A DNA stretch of 64,000 nucleotides from Fimbriimonadales bacterium (GTDB taxonomy: Bacteria; Armatimonadota; Fimbriimonadia; Fimbriimonadales; ATM1). The first letter of the stretch is position 1; each line of letters begins with the position of its first letter. The position numbers were made by a program, and so were the translations under genes. A model generated the notes under the pieces. That model did no database searches. It saw only the letters and a program-made list of their open reading frames with translations, and was not told the DNA's origin. Where the stretch lies: positions 27,713-91,712 of the forward strand of contig JBGTLG010000005.1 in NCBI GenBank assembly GCA_041744215.1, read 5' to 3'. Below are positions 1-11,100 of this stretch, one piece after another.

Positions 1-1076
1 TCACTGCTGGGAAGCTTAGACAGGAAGTGGGGGTTTGAGATTGCCTTTCGATACGCTTCCAACACCCTTGGATGAGACGTTACACTATAGTCGTTGTTTC
101 TTCTATGCGAGATTAGCAGCGCGTTCGCGTTGAAGTAGTTGATGCACTTGACTCTTGGATACTTGACGGGCAGCGCAGCGTATAGATCGGTAATGCACTT
201 TACGGCATAGTCGATGACCGGTCGGTTTTCGAGAGCTGAGAAGTTAGTAACGCCGTACTCGCAGATCATGATCGGCTTTCGACTTGAATACGTTCTATAG
301 ACCTGGTCCAGCATATCGGTAGGCTTGACATGCATTGCTGGTGTGCGTGGGTTCTGATTGAAGTAGGTGACGTTGTACATGTTAACCCCGACCCAATCTA
401 CATATTCGTCACCCGGGTAGTAATCGTTGATGCTTTCTCTTGGTGTTGTATAGGGGCACCAGACGAGCACGACGTTTGGCGCATGGCGCTTCATCACTCG
501 GTGCACGATGCGCCACTTTTCAATGTACTTGCGCGGGTTTCCACCGTACGCAACCCAAGCGCCGTTCATCTCGGAGGCGTATCTGAGGAAAATCGTCGCG
601 CCCGTCTGCGCCATGTCCTTCGCCAGGTTGTTCAGGTACTCGTCATCTCGCACATACTCAAGCCCGTTGTTAGGCTCCAGGGCGATGTGGACGACTTTCG
701 CTCTCGCCTTTAGCTCTGCGACCCAGTTCTTCGGTAGCGGCCGGCCATAGCCCTGATAGAAGAAATACATGGCGTGCTTCTTCCCGGTGATCGCATCGAA
801 CTCCAGCGGATCTGCGTGCTCTCGGCCGTCGACGGTGCGATACGTAGTTAGCAAGGGGTCCTTGTCTATGTATGCCCCGATCATGCACCCCGTTTCCGGC
901 TCAAAGGCGGCGAGTCCCGCCGCGACTGGCTTAGGATTCGAAAAAGTGATGGCGATGTTGACAGGTGCTGGCCTGGGCGGCGTTGCTTCCGAGCGTGAGC
1001 ACCCCCCGATGTGAGGCAAAAATCCAACGACGAACAGCAAGGCCGCAAAGCCAATTCGGCATTCCCCTCCGGTCAC
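1..1076 (-). CDS. Glycoside hydrolase family 26 (beta-mannanase-like) lipoprotein; 3' end runs off the window
   Basis: Absent from the ORF track because its stop lies outside the window. Manual translation from GTG 1076: MTGGECRIGFAALLFVVGFLPHIGGC (lipobox-like) ...FEPETGCMIGAY...IFLRYASEMNGAW...YYPGDEYVDWVGVNMY...KPIMICEYG, the typical GH26 acid/base and nucleophile motifs. Confidence 0.8.
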   Translation of the reverse strand, partial: MTGGECRIGFAALLFVVGFLPHIGGCSRSEATPPRPAPVNIAITFSNPKPVAAGLAAFEPETGCMIGAYIDKDPLLTTYRTVDGREHADPLEFDAITGKKHAMYFFYQGYGRPLPKNWVAELKARAKVVHIALEPNNGLEYVRDDEYLNNLAKDMAQTGATIFLRYASEMNGAWVAYGGNPRKYIEKWRIVHRVMKRHAPNVVLVWCPYTTPRESINDYYPGDEYVDWVGVNMYNVTYFNQNPRTPAMHVKPTDMLDQVYRTYSSRKPIMICEYGVTNFSALENRPVIDYAVKCITDLYAALPVKYPRVKCINYFNANALLISHRRNNDYSVTSHPRVLEAYRKAISNPHFLSKLPSS

Positions 1077-1131
1077 GCCGGAAGAATACCATGCCGTCCG
1101 GGTAAAAGACTAATAGTATTCAGGAGCCGCA

Positions 1132-3267
1132 ATGAACCGCACCATGTTCGCCCTCATAACTGCACTTGCCTCCATAACCGCATTTGCCATGATTGATCGC
1201 CTTACCTACCCTCAGACGCGGAAAGCCGATGTCGTCGACGACTACTTCGGAAATCCCGTTTCGGATCCCTATCGCTGGTTGGAGGATACGGATTCCGCGG
1301 AGACCCGTGCTTGGATCGAAGCGCAAAACAAACTCACGTTTGGTTTTTTAGCAACAGTCCGCGAGCGCGAATCGATAAAAAAGCGGCTCACTAAGCTGTG
1401 GAACTATGAGCGATTCGGAATTCCGGCCAAAGAAGGTGGGCTGTACTTTTTCACGCGCAATAGTGGCCTCCAAAACCAAGCGGTGTTGTACGTTGCGAGT
1501 TCGCTTGACGCGGAACCACGGATTCTGCTTGACCCGAACACCCTGAGCAAAGACGGCACCATCGCTTTGGGATCCTGGTCGCCGAGCCCGGACGGGAAAT
1601 ACTTGGCTTACGCGACACAGAGTGGTGGATCAGATTGGCTAGAGTGGAAGATCCGCGACGTGGAGTCGGGTCTTGACCTCCCGGAGGAACTCAAGTGGAG
1701 CAAGTTTTCTGGCGCTGCGTGGACGATGGATTCGAAGGGGTTCTTTTACTCGCGATATGAAGAGCCAAAGCCTGGCGAAGCACTTCTTGGAGTGAACTAT
1801 CATCAAAAGCTTTACTACCACCAAGTCGGTAGTCCTCAGTCAGCTGACATCCTTGTTTACGAGCGGAAGGATGAGAAGGAGTGGGGTTTCGGAGGCTGGG
1901 CGACTGAAGACGGAGATTACTTGGTGATCTTTGTTTGGCGGGGAACTGATCCCAAGAACGGACTCTTTTACAGACGGCTTCGGGCCGGTGAATCGGAAGT
2001 AGTTGAATTGCTGCCGAACTTTGATGCGGAGTACTCCTACATTGCGAACGAAGGCACCACGTTCTTCATTCAGACCACGCTGGATGCCCCTAAGGGTCGA
2101 GTCATCGCAATCGACATCGAGAACCCAAGCCCGGAAAACTGGAAGGAAGTGATCCCTGAAGGGGCACATGCGCTCCAATACGTAACTCATGTTGGTGGCA
2201 GGTTTATTGCGCACTATTTGCGGGACGCCACTTCGCTTGTGCGAGTTTTCGATATGACAGGGAAGCTTGAATCGACTCTCAAGCTGCCGGGGCTTGGATC
2301 CGCTGGTGGGTTCGGCGGGCGAGGGAAGGACACAGAGACGTTTTATTCTTTCTCAAGCTTTTCAACACCGAACACTGTTTTTAGGTACGACTTTACAACG
2401 GGCAAGTCAATGACGTTTAGGGCGCCTAAAGTCGAGTTTCGTCCGACCGAGTACCAGTCGCGTCAAGTGTTTGTACCAAGCAAGGATGGCACGAAGGTGC
2501 CGATGTTTATCACCCACAAGCGAGGCATCGAACTTGACGGTACTCATCCCACAATTCTTTACGGATACGGCGGATTCTCGGTTAGTCTCACGCCTTGGTT
2601 TTCAGTCGCAAACCTTGTGTGGCTGGAGATGGGTGGCGTATTCGCAGTCGCTAACTTGCGAGGCGGCGCAGAGTACGGAGAAGAGTGGCACCAGGCGGGA
2701 ATGCGCGAGAAGAAGCAAAACGTTTTCGATGACTTCATAGCTTGTGCTGAATGGCTTATCGAGAAGAGATACACGAACCCCGACGGCCTTGCTATCGAAG
2801 GAGGCAGCAATGGAGGGTTGCTCGTTGGCGCTGTTATCAATCAGCGCCCTGAACTGTTTGGTGCAGCCCTGCCGGCAGTTGGCGTTATGGACATGCTGCG
2901 ATACCACAAGTTCACTATAGGGTGGGCTTGGGTTCCCGAGTACGGCAGCTCAGAAAACGAGGATGATTTTCAGACACTGTTCGCATATTCACCTCTGCAC
3001 AACATTCGAAGTGGTGAGAAGTATCCAGCTGTTCTCGTCACGACCGGCGACCATGACGATCGGGTCGTGCCTGGACACAGCTTCAAATATGCAGCTGCGC
3101 TACAAGCGGCACAGGGCGGCGAATCTCCAATCCTGATCCGGATCGAAACGCGCGCTGGGCATGGGGCGGGCAAGCCGATGTCCATGGTCATCGACGAGGT
3201 CGCTGACAAGTACGCGTTCCTGACGAAAACGCTGCGAATGTCAATTCCCAGAGGCTTTGCCAAGTAG
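1132..3267 (+). CDS. Prolyl oligopeptidase (S9A), secreted
   Basis: Signal peptide, DPYRWLED, GGSNGGLL catalytic Ser motif, DHDDRV and AGHGAGK; SD AGGAG upstream. Confidence 0.95.
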   Translation: MNRTMFALITALASITAFAMIDRLTYPQTRKADVVDDYFGNPVSDPYRWLEDTDSAETRAWIEAQNKLTFGFLATVRERESIKKRLTKLWNYERFGIPAKEGGLYFFTRNSGLQNQAVLYVASSLDAEPRILLDPNTLSKDGTIALGSWSPSPDGKYLAYATQSGGSDWLEWKIRDVESGLDLPEELKWSKFSGAAWTMDSKGFFYSRYEEPKPGEALLGVNYHQKLYYHQVGSPQSADILVYERKDEKEWGFGGWATEDGDYLVIFVWRGTDPKNGLFYRRLRAGESEVVELLPNFDAEYSYIANEGTTFFIQTTLDAPKGRVIAIDIENPSPENWKEVIPEGAHALQYVTHVGGRFIAHYLRDATSLVRVFDMTGKLESTLKLPGLGSAGGFGGRGKDTETFYSFSSFSTPNTVFRYDFTTGKSMTFRAPKVEFRPTEYQSRQVFVPSKDGTKVPMFITHKRGIELDGTHPTILYGYGGFSVSLTPWFSVANLVWLEMGGVFAVANLRGGAEYGEEWHQAGMREKKQNVFDDFIACAEWLIEKRYTNPDGLAIEGGSNGGLLVGAVINQRPELFGAALPAVGVMDMLRYHKFTIGWAWVPEYGSSENEDDFQTLFAYSPLHNIRSGEKYPAVLVTTGDHDDRVVPGHSFKYAAALQAAQGGESPILIRIETRAGHGAGKPMSMVIDEVADKYAFLTKTLRMSIPRGFAK

Positions 3268-3276
3268 AATAACCGG

Positions 3277-5802
3277 ATGCTTCCTTTCGTTGTTGCGCTG
3301 GTTATCCAGACACCGCCGCTGCTCCATCAAGCAGACTCGGCTACGCTCTACGACCCAATACGCCCGGTGAGCGAACTGTCGGCGAATCACTTCGTATTGC
3401 AGTATTCGACATCGACACCGACCGAGACCATCGTGCAGGTCCGTGAAGGCAACAAGCTTTCGTTTCAGGAGCAAGCTGACGTATGGGCCGGAGCGCGCGA
3501 GATCCGCAGGAGCGAAACGACGAACTTCCATCAGATACGCATTGAAGGGTTGACTCCGGGTACGAGATACTTTTACAGAGTGTATGACCCCGGTGCAACA
3601 CCGACCGCGCTGGAGCGATCTTGGGGTGCGGCCCCACCATGGAGAAGAGAGTACGCCGTAGCGACTCTTGCGCCCGCAGGTCGAAAGACGATCGTGAGGA
3701 TTCCCGTCAAGGTGCTGTTGATGACAAACGCGGTGAATGTCGAATCTGCACACAGCGATACCGGCATGATTGGAGAACTTCCTGCGAAAATGAAACCCGA
3801 AGAGATCGAGATGATGAAGCAGGAGATGGAGAAGGCGGCTCTCTTCTTTTGGGTCAACAGCGGAATGCGCCTTTGGATCGATTTCGAGTACTTCGTCGAC
3901 GATCGGTGGCAGCGCTGGGGTAGTGAGCCGGAGAATGCGCACACCTTCCATCGCGGATGGCCAGTCTCTCGGGGATACGCAGGCGTGGACTTCGCTGGCC
4001 CAGGTGGTGGGGCATTCAACATTGTTGACACCAAAGATCCGCTCCGCGCTAACAAAGATCCATTGCAGGAGAAAGATCTGTATGCGGGTCAGATCGAGAT
4101 AACGTTTGTTCGCAGATGGGACGCTAGTGCGAAGAAGTGGGTCTACTACAACTCGGGCGGCGGGACGTTCGGGATCGACAACTTTCCGCGAGGGTTCCCT
4201 GCTAGAAGTCAATACTTGGGCGGGGGCGACGATGCATGGCTGACGTGCCACGAGTTCCACCATCAACTCGAAAGCTACAGCGCATTTGCGCTCTCTTTTC
4301 GCGAAGACGACCGCATTGTTTTCAATCACTACGAGCCGAGACGGCGAGTTGCACGACCGGATGGCGGCTTTGATGAGACGGCATGGTCTACAAGTGGCAG
4401 GCATGGCGAACATTGGGATGGAATGGCGTTCTGGGACCGAACTCTTACCGACATTCAGTGGCTGCGGCTCTGTTTCGGAGAGGCGATAACGGTTGCCGAT
4501 CGGGATGGAGATGGCTTTCCGGACGACGATTCGCGATTGCCACTCGATGAGCGGCGATTTGGGTCTGATCCAACGAACCCAACAACGGATGGTCAAATGA
4601 CTGACCTTCAGAAAGTCATGCTCAGCACCTGGTCGCCAAATCCGCTTCAATCAAGCTGGGTAAAGGGGAATCCTCAATACTTCAAGTTTGATCCACGAGC
4701 GAAAGATTCAGACGGAGACGGGTTGAATGATCTTGTAGACCCTTATCCGCTCTTTCCATACACTCCGCTCATCATCGCAATGACGCCAGAAGTAGATGGA
4801 ATTGGAACTGAGTGGGAACACGCGCCGCTATCGGGCGCAATCAAGGCGGGCGGGATCGATCTCGAATACAAGCAGTCGCACGACGATCACGCTTGGTACG
4901 GTTTTATCCGCATTTTAGGAAACTGGCGCAACATCGAGCTTGTACTTGATGGCGAAGGATTGGGATTGTTTTCGCGAAACGGTGTGGTTGGGCTGCGCAT
5001 CAATAAGACTGCATCCGGCGCGGAAGTTGTACGATTGTGGGAAGAGGTTAAGGGACTGACGTGGGCTGCCAAAAGTGATGGCGATGCGATCACTATCGAG
5101 ATGAGCCTTTCGAATCGCGGAGATAGTGTTTGGTTTTGGAACCGCGGAGGACGCGAGATAGGAACGCAGTTAAACGTGTACGAGCCCAGCGGACGCGCCT
5201 ATGCAATGTACGAGACGTATCGGTTCTTCTACGCGAGGATGGTCGGCCCTTACGGGAAACCCCCGCTTCCGTCCGGCGCGCCGGCAGAGTTAAGTGCCTC
5301 AGACGCTGTAGTGCTGCTTCCAAATGATGAGCGAGTTCGCTTTCAGGGGGCCGGTTGGAGTTCCATTGGCGGTGCACTCGTTCACAATGGTGGAGACGAA
5401 GCCGCGGCATACATCGATGGCTTGCAAACTAAGGAGTTCGATCTTTGGATTGATATCGAAGCGCGCCAAGATGGCATTCTTGGGGCCTTCCTGCCTGCGA
5501 CTGAAGGCATGACTGCGGGCAAAGACTACATCGTGTTCGTCGGTGGATATGGGAACACAGTGACACGCTTCCGTCTTTTCGGTGCGGAACAGTCAGACGC
5601 GGAGGTCATGATGAGGCCTGGCGCACGGACTCGGTTGCAGCTTTCGCGTCGTGCGAACGGAATATGGCTGCTCGTCGACGGTAAGCCTGTGATGTTTGCA
5701 ACTGATCCCAACCCTGATGCAATCGTGGATCGGCTAGCGGTCATCGGTGGGTACAACGGCGATCAAAAGGTGTACGAGATTCGTTACCGGGTAGGAGGTT
5801 GA
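3277..5802 (+). CDS. Secreted multidomain protein: FN3-like N-terminus, HExxH metallopeptidase-like motif, DxDGDG Ca-binding repeats
   Basis: GLTPGTRYFYRV (FN3-like), CHEFHHQLE, DRDGDGFPDD and DSDGDGLNDLVD. Confidence 0.6.
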   Translation: MLPFVVALVIQTPPLLHQADSATLYDPIRPVSELSANHFVLQYSTSTPTETIVQVREGNKLSFQEQADVWAGAREIRRSETTNFHQIRIEGLTPGTRYFYRVYDPGATPTALERSWGAAPPWRREYAVATLAPAGRKTIVRIPVKVLLMTNAVNVESAHSDTGMIGELPAKMKPEEIEMMKQEMEKAALFFWVNSGMRLWIDFEYFVDDRWQRWGSEPENAHTFHRGWPVSRGYAGVDFAGPGGGAFNIVDTKDPLRANKDPLQEKDLYAGQIEITFVRRWDASAKKWVYYNSGGGTFGIDNFPRGFPARSQYLGGGDDAWLTCHEFHHQLESYSAFALSFREDDRIVFNHYEPRRRVARPDGGFDETAWSTSGRHGEHWDGMAFWDRTLTDIQWLRLCFGEAITVADRDGDGFPDDDSRLPLDERRFGSDPTNPTTDGQMTDLQKVMLSTWSPNPLQSSWVKGNPQYFKFDPRAKDSDGDGLNDLVDPYPLFPYTPLIIAMTPEVDGIGTEWEHAPLSGAIKAGGIDLEYKQSHDDHAWYGFIRILGNWRNIELVLDGEGLGLFSRNGVVGLRINKTASGAEVVRLWEEVKGLTWAAKSDGDAITIEMSLSNRGDSVWFWNRGGREIGTQLNVYEPSGRAYAMYETYRFFYARMVGPYGKPPLPSGAPAELSASDAVVLLPNDERVRFQGAGWSSIGGALVHNGGDEAAAYIDGLQTKEFDLWIDIEARQDGILGAFLPATEGMTAGKDYIVFVGGYGNTVTRFRLFGAEQSDAEVMMRPGARTRLQLSRRANGIWLLVDGKPVMFATDPNPDAIVDRLAVIGGYNGDQKVYEIRYRVGG

Positions 5803-5824
5803 ATCAGTGCGACAATCGTTGGGA

Positions 5825-6352
5825 ATGAGTTCCGAAGCAGTTCAAAAGAAGACGGGAAGGACGTGGGAGCAGTGGATAAGCACATTAGATAGGGACGGCT
5901 GCAGCGAAACGCCGCACAAGGAAATCGCCGAATACCTTGCCAACAAGTATCAACTCGGAGCCTGGTGGTCCCAAACCGTCGCAATTGGTTATGAGCGTGC
6001 GCACGGAAGGCGAACCGTCAACCAGAAGAGCTCCGGTGATTATGCCGTGTCTGTGACGAAGACATTTCCGGTTTCAATAGATAGGCTTTATCTGGCGTGG
6101 AACGACGACAGAGAACGGTCGAAATGGCTTGGCGACGAAACCCCGAAGGTCACGTCCCGAGCAGAGTGCAAATCCCTCCGGATGAAATGGACGGACGACA
6201 AGTCGGCTGTGAGTGTTAGGTTCACAGACAAGGGACCTGGTAAGTCTTCCGTGACTGTTCAGCACGAGAAGTTATCCCGAAAAGGGCAGGTTGATGGAAT
6301 GAGGAAGTACTGGAGTGGGGCACTTGACAGGCTTGCGCAAGGTATCCTTTAA
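5825..6352 (+). CDS. DUF4287-like / SRPBCC-like hypothetical protein
   Basis: EAVQKKTGRTWEQW...GAWWSQTVAIGYER followed by a START-like C-terminal half. Start could be 5807 (GTG) or 5825 (ATG). Confidence 0.6.
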   Translation: MSSEAVQKKTGRTWEQWISTLDRDGCSETPHKEIAEYLANKYQLGAWWSQTVAIGYERAHGRRTVNQKSSGDYAVSVTKTFPVSIDRLYLAWNDDRERSKWLGDETPKVTSRAECKSLRMKWTDDKSAVSVRFTDKGPGKSSVTVQHEKLSRKGQVDGMRKYWSGALDRLAQGIL

Positions 6353-6357
6353 GCCTC

Positions 6358-8181
6358 TTGACCTCTCACATTAGGAACATCGGAATCATCGCTCACGTCG
6401 ACCATGGCAAAACAACCTTGGTTGACGCGATCTTTCGTCAGGCCGGCTTGTTCCGAGCAAATCAGACGATGGTCGATCGAGTTATGGATCGCAATGACTT
6501 AGAGCGCGAGAAAGGGATTACCATTCTCAGCAAAGTCGCGAGTGTTCACTACAAGGAATACAAAATCAACATTGTGGACACGCCGGGACACGCCGATTTT
6601 GGCGGCGAAGTTGAACGAGTGCTGTCGATGGTAGACGGTGTGCTGTTAGTCGTCGACGCATGCGAGGGCCCCATGCCACAAACGAGGTTTGTCCTCAAGA
6701 AGGCTTTTGAAAACAGATTAACGCCGATCGTCTGCATAAACAAGATCGATCGCGAGGGTGCGCGGCCGCTCGAAGCTTATGACAAAACGCTCGACCTGTT
6801 CATCGATCTCGGCGCAAATGAAGAGGACTTGTTTTTTCCTCATCTTTACACTAGCGGAGCGTCTGGATTTGCTCGCATGCATCCGGGTGGCGGTGAGCAA
6901 GACATGCGCGAGTTGTTCGAGATGATCGTCAACGCCGTTCCGCCGCCGAAAAGCGCGGAGGGACCTTTCCTGTTACAAGTAAACAATCTTGATTATTCTG
7001 ATTATCTGGGCAGAATCTTTGGCGGGAAAGCATTGCGTGGCAAAGTGAAAGCCGGAGACCGGCTCGTCCAATCCCGCGAGGGAACTCGGACACCATTCAC
7101 TGCAACAAAAGTTTGGGTTTATGAAGGCCTGTCGCTGAAAGAAGTCGACGAAGCCCACGTTGGAGAGATTGTGATGATTTCTGGGCTCGATGACGTTTTG
7201 GTCAGCGACACGATTGCTGACGCCGTGCAGCCCGAGGAGTTGATTCCAATACGGATCGAGCCGCCGACTCTAAGCATGGAGTTCTATGCGAACCAATCGC
7301 CTCTTGCCGGCAAAGACGGTGGAAAGTTTCTGACGATACAGAAGATCCGTGAGCGACTGGAAAAGGAGCAGAGTATCAACGTCGCGATGAGAATCGATCC
7401 TGACGCGCCGATGGATACCGTAAAGGTGTTTGCGCGTGGAGAGCTGCAGCTTGCCGTTTTGATTGAGACGATGCGCAGAGAAGGGTACGAGATGGCGTTG
7501 AGCCGACCTCGGGTCATATTGAAAAAGGGAGATTCGGGCGAGACTTTAGAGCCGATCGAGACGGTCACTCTCGAGTTTCCTGAGGAATCGATGGGGCCGG
7601 TTATGGAGGAGATGAGCCGACGCAGAGGCGAGCTGCGCAGCATGACGAAGGACGAGCGCGGCCGATTGCAAATCGAGTATTCAATTCCGACTCGGGGATT
7701 AATCGGGTTTCGATCCAACTACCTAACGATCACCCGTGGCCTCGGAATCCTTGCGCAGCTTTTTGACGGATACTATCCGTATCGCGGTGACGTCGATGCG
7801 CGCACGCGCGGCTCCTTGATTGCAAAAGACCCTGGCAAGATAACTCGCTACGCATATGAGGACATTCAAGAGCGCGGACAACTGTTCCATGAGGTCGGAA
7901 CAGAAGTGTATGGTGGCATGATCGTAGGCGAATGCTCGCGAGATGAAGATATGGTCGTGAACATCACGAAGACGAAAGCGGCCAACAACATACGATCGTC
8001 CACTTCCGAGGCGACGACGGCACTTGATCCGTATCGGGACTTTTCTTTGGAGGAATCACTGTCATGGCTGCGGGATGACGAGTTGTTAGAAGTGACGCCA
8101 AAGATGCTTCGGTTTAGGAAGCATGTGCTCGATCATAGTCAGCGCCGAGTGAGCGAACGAAAAGCCGAAACCGTCGCTTAG
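6358..8181 (+). CDS. typA: Translational GTPase TypA/BipA
   Basis: [59 protein letters not shown]. Confidence 0.97.
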   Translation: MTSHIRNIGIIAHVDHGKTTLVDAIFRQAGLFRANQTMVDRVMDRNDLEREKGITILSKVASVHYKEYKINIVDTPGHADFGGEVERVLSMVDGVLLVVDACEGPMPQTRFVLKKAFENRLTPIVCINKIDREGARPLEAYDKTLDLFIDLGANEEDLFFPHLYTSGASGFARMHPGGGEQDMRELFEMIVNAVPPPKSAEGPFLLQVNNLDYSDYLGRIFGGKALRGKVKAGDRLVQSREGTRTPFTATKVWVYEGLSLKEVDEAHVGEIVMISGLDDVLVSDTIADAVQPEELIPIRIEPPTLSMEFYANQSPLAGKDGGKFLTIQKIRERLEKEQSINVAMRIDPDAPMDTVKVFARGELQLAVLIETMRREGYEMALSRPRVILKKGDSGETLEPIETVTLEFPEESMGPVMEEMSRRRGELRSMTKDERGRLQIEYSIPTRGLIGFRSNYLTITRGLGILAQLFDGYYPYRGDVDARTRGSLIAKDPGKITRYAYEDIQERGQLFHEVGTEVYGGMIVGECSRDEDMVVNITKTKAANNIRSSTSEATTALDPYRDFSLEESLSWLRDDELLEVTPKMLRFRKHVLDHSQRRVSERKAETVA

Positions 8182-11100
8182 CCGGCTACTGAATTGCCCG
8201 CCTCGGCGATAAGACCAGGTCGGCGTTGAACAATGACAAAGCACTGAGATAGCGAGCGGCGAAGTTGCTGCACCCATGCACCGTCGCTAACCCTTTCGAG
8301 CAGGTGATAAGCTTTGATGGCTTTGGGATGACCATTTCCGTTCATCTGTGCAACTTCGAGTGTGATTGCAAAGTCACCGGGATTGTCCTTTACCAGATTC
8401 CGAACGATGGCAAGCTCGTCACGTGTAGCCTTCAGGAGTTTGACGCTGATCACGCCCTGTAGAGTGAAATCGTCTTGCGAGATGGGCTTTTCAGCGTTTC
8501 CGGTATCGAGTTCGTCAACTTCAAATGCAGCGATGCCGACCATTCGCTGGCCGGTGCGTAGTTCACGCTGTTTTACTTTTCCTCGGACTACAATGAGGCG
8601 GTCTTTTGCGAGGATCGGCTTATACGTTTGATATGACTTGCCGTAGACAGCGACGTCGCATTGCCCCGTCAGATCCTCGAGCGTTAGGATTGCCATCGGC
8701 TCTTTACTTTCGCCGACAGTCTTGTTTTGGACGCGAGCAATAACACCTGCGAGCGAAACGCGTTCACCATCGGCGAGCTCTTGAATGAGAGCGGCGGTGT
8801 GCGATGCCGACGCCATCACTTCTCGCTCGTGACCCCGAAGAGGATGATCGCTCACGTAGAGCCCGAGGACTTCCTTTTCCATCGAAAGCGCTTCCTGACG
8901 TGTGGGCAGTGCAACGTCAGGCAGAATCGGATAGTGTCGCCCATTTGCGTCTGCGTCTTCGGCTTCAGCAAACAATGCCGCTTGCCCGGCCTCTCGTTCA
9001 CGCGCCTGCTTATCTGCGTAGGCGAGCGCAGTGTCCACTACGGAGAGTAGTTTGTTCCGGTTCGAGTCAATCGAGTCGAGCGCTCCGGCTTTTATGAGCG
9101 CATCCAATCCAGTTCGGTTCAATCCCCCCTGCGCCTTGACACGGGAAGCGACATCGAAAAGGTGGGTAAAACCGCTTCCATCTTCACTGCGCGCATTCAG
9201 GATTGACTGAATCGCGGAGTCTCCGATTCCTTTTATTGCTCCAAGCCCAAATCGAATCTTGCCCTCCTCTATTGTAAAGTCGACAGCGGAACGATTGATA
9301 TCAGGAGGAAGCACCTGAATCCCCATACGTCTGCACTCTTCGACAAGTCCAACGACGCGATCTTCCTTTCCGCGAAACGCCCCGAGTAGCGCGGCCATGT
9401 ATTCGACGGGGTAGTTCGCCTTAAGGTAAGCGGTTTGATAAGCGATCAGCGCATAACAGACCGCGTGTGCTTTATTGAATGCGTAGCCTGCAAACGGCTC
9501 AAGCAGAGCCCAGATCTTCTTGCACGCGGCTGCGTCGATTCCATTCTTCGCTGCCCCTTCCACAAACTCTCTTTCCATTGAGGCCAGAAGTTGTTTGTCC
9601 TTCTTGCCCATTGCGCGGCGGAGGATATCCGCTTTCCCGAGGCTGAATCCAGCTAGTGCGCGCACGAGCATCAGCACTTGGTCTTGGTACACGATCACTC
9701 CGTGCGTCTCTTCTAAGATCGGCTCCATTAATGGGTGCAGGTAGCTGGGTTTGGTTCGTTTATGTTTTCCCGCGGCGTACGTGGCAATGTGTTCCATTGG
9801 CCCAGGCCGATATAGCGCGACAAGCGCGGTAATGTCTTGAATAGAGTCAGGCTTTAGCTGCGCGACCGCTCTGCGCATTCCCTCAGATTCAAGCTGGAAT
9901 ACACCGGCAGTCTCCCCTCGTCCGAGCATCTCATACGTCCGCTCGTCGTCAAGCGGCATCGTCTTTACGTCGATATCTCCCTTCCCGCTGTCGCGAATGT
10001 TTCGCGTCGCGTTCGCAAGCACCGTGAGGTTGCTCAATCCCAGAAAGTCCATTTTCAGGAGGCCAATCTTTTCCAAGTCACCCATCGGGAACTGAGTGAT
10101 GATCTGGTCGCCAGACCCTCTCGCGAGGGGAACGCGCTCACGTAGTGGCTCCTTAGAAATCACGATTCCGGCGGCGTGGACTCCGGCGTGTCGGGCGATC
10201 CCCTCAATTCGCTTTGCAGTCTCGATTAAGTTGCTGGCTGTGGGGTCGTTCGTGTGTGCACTTCTAAGCTCAGCCGATGCTTCGAGTGCTTGCTCGAGAG
10301 TTATTCCGACTGGCAAGCTCGGCACCATCTTGCAGAGGCGGTCAACCTCAACCGGCGCGAGCGCCAACGCGCGGCCCGCGTCTCGGAGCGCTGCCTTCGC
10401 ACCCATCGTTCCGAACGTTATGATCTGCGCGACATGGTCGTCGCCAAAACGAGCCTTGACATAGTCAATCACTTCGTCGCGCCGCGCGTCCTCGAAGTCC
10501 ATATCGATGTCCGGCATCTGGATGCGCTCCGGATTGAGAAACCTCTCAAACGTCAGGCCGTAGTGCAAAGGATCTACGTCGGTGATTCCGATACAGTAGG
10601 TTACAAGCGATCCCGCCGCTGAACCTCTAACTCCAAAAAAGATTCCCTTGTCTCTTGAGAACTGGGCGAACTCCCTTACCAAAAGGAAGTACTTTGCGAA
10701 ACCGGTTTGCTTGATCACGTCGAGTTCATAAGCGAGTCGCTCGCGTGCAGCAGTTAGATCGCCAGGAATCAGTTCCGGCAGGGACTTCTCACTCAGTTCT
10801 GCGAGGTAGTCGTCTGGCGAAACGTTTGAGGGGATCAGCGGATCAGGCAACTCGGCGCGTTCTTCACCCAGATCAACGTTGCACCTTTCTGCAACCATCA
10901 GAGTGTTTTCGATCGCATCGGGAGTTTCGTGAAACAGCTCCTCCATTTCCTCTCGCGATTTCAAGTAGAACTCTTCTGTTTCAAATCGCATTCGGTCTCG
11001 GTCTGCAACCTTCGAGTTGGTCTGTATGCAGAGGAGTACGTCGTGCGCTTGGTGGTCCGTTTTGCAAAGGTAGTGCGCATCGTTAGTGCAGATGAGGGGC

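Noticed and set aside
3241-4650. 469-aa minus-strand ORF
   Set aside because: Antisense shadow of the 841-aa secreted protein.
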